A stretch of 60,393 bases of DNA, filler included, from Basidiobolus ranarum (lineage: Eukaryota): the NCBI GenBank assembly GCA_040143965.1. It is 12 parts of 12 records of this genome, joined end to end, with 100 filler letters (N's around TTAATTAATTAA, not from the genome) between each part and the next. Parts side by side here need not be neighbours in the genome. Positions count along the whole stretch, not along the records: positions 55,464 to 60,393 come from JASJQH010001780.1; 11 more parts are not named here. One strand, given 5' to 3'. Of the stretch, positions 59,164 through 60,393 are shown piece after piece. Each line of letters starts with the position of its first letter. Position 1 is the stretch's first letter. The translations under genes and the position numbers were made by a program. The notes under the pieces were generated by a model. That model was not told the DNA's origin, made no database searches, and worked only from the letters and a program-made list of their open reading frames with translations.

Positions 59164-60393
59164 CTATATTGAATTCAACATTTCAAAGCCTTCTTCGAAT
59201 GTGTCCAAGTCTTCGTCGGAAAGGTACATTGGGGTTTCGCGTGCAACCGCTAGGATGGGTGCTTCACATACTGTATTCACCTACACATATGAGTATTCAA
59301 GTATATATTAGCGACAAGACAAGCCATCTCTACTGACATTCGACTATATTACCTCCTCTATTCGCTGCAGGAATGAGTTGATCTCGGCTTGGTCACGACA
59401 AAAAAACCCAAATAGCATGCACGGATCGATCTTTTGAATATGGATGGTGCGAACATCATTACAATGATACGTCGACAATTCCTAGGAAGGCCCTTTGAAT
59501 ACTACAATCTCTGAGATACTTCTAAATGTCCACTCACCTCATTTGTAAGCCTATCCGTCGGCTTTTTTGGTATTGCAGAGCGGGGATAGTGTGGATCCAG
59601 ATAGTATAAAGAGTCACCTATGAAGAAGTGTTAGCTTAACCTGTGACGATGTCAACGCTCCTAAGTTTACCTTCATAGGCCAGAAAATAGAGAGACGCTG
59701 AAGGCTTTCCCCTAGTGAGATGAATTAGTTAGAAACATGCAAATATCAGGGGCATTCAATGCGAATTGGAAATGGTCTGTACCCAGCAATCCCAAGACTT
59801 TGAGGAAGGTCTAGCAATCCCTATTAAGAAGCAAGTAAATCAGAGTGAAATGGACAGAAGGCTCTGACGATGACGGATTACCTTTATCGCAGGAAAATAA
59901 ATTGGATTTAGTGTATTTATTCCAAGTCGCGTGGGAAGCAGCACCAACAACGGTTTTTGATTGCCTCGAGTGTCTAGAGTCAGCATTCGTATTTGATCTT
60001 TGTAAATTACGCCATCTGTAGCAACATATACCCCCAGATTCAGTGGGTCGTAGGAGCTTACCAAGGATCTTTATTATAGTAGTAGTTAGGGTGACGATTG
60101 ACTTATGAATGATTTTCAGATTATCACTTACTTCATGGCTTGTGAAGCCGTAAACGGGCCAAACCACTCACCGATGTTCTTTCCTAATTGCCTTCCCTGG
60201 TCACAGAACTTGTGCAATGAGAACGGAGCTTTGCTGTTGAGATCGTCCATAAACAATCCAACTATCTATGAATTCATAGTTACAAGGTTGGTAGAAGCTA
60301 CGGTTTAATTGATTAACAGGATAACTATACTGACTTTGGCGTATATGTGCTGTGTATCAAAGGCAATCGGGTTTCTACGCCACTCTTAAATTT
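59164..60393 (-). CDS. ATG4: Autophagy cysteine protease Atg4 (peptidase C54), 5'-truncated, at least 8 exons
   Basis: Spliced motifs APFSLHKF, GKNIGEWFGP, KPLLVLLPTRLG...NPIY, PQSLGIAGGKPSASLYF, YYLDPH (catalytic D/H), TYHC and IDPCMLFGF. The stop is at 59164. Confidence 0.95.

Noticed and set aside
25240..60393. Functional linkage among nitrate reductase, cytochrome c and the cytochrome-b5-like gene
   Set aside because: NR is on a different contig. Proximity of CYC1 and the MAPR gene alone shows no shared pathway.

Overview
This window is not one locus. It is 12 unrelated ~4.9-kb contigs, sorted by decreasing length and joined by artificial 100-nt linkers (N44-TTAATTAATTAA-N44). The DNA is eukaryotic and fungal: AT-rich, with short GT-AG introns and fungal-type RPS23, ATG4, CorA and cytochrome c. 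It most plausibly comes from an early-diverging (non-Dikarya) fungus, which is an inference. Host genes are a CorA/ALR-MNR2 Mg2+ transporter, an acyl-CoA oxidase with a PTS2-like signal, an adjacent trio of 2OG-Fe(II) dioxygenase, FAD monooxygenase and DAO-family oxidase, an OSCA/CSC1 channel, RPS23, an intronless nitrate reductase, pICln, a bacterial-type CAP protein, a polyporopepsin-like aspartic protease with an altered catalytic motif, a family of divergent HSF-domain genes and pseudogenes, a divergent cytochrome c, a MAPR cytochrome-b5-like protein and ATG4. Much of the rest is strongly CpG-depleted, nested transposon debris. That debris includes three Ty1/copia LTR families, a probably self-priming Ty3/gypsy element, a CACTA/EnSpm family with C(C/A)CTAACA ends and an unidentified accessory ORF, and a ~180-bp Harbinger-type MITE. 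All calls come from manual reading and translation; no searches were run.
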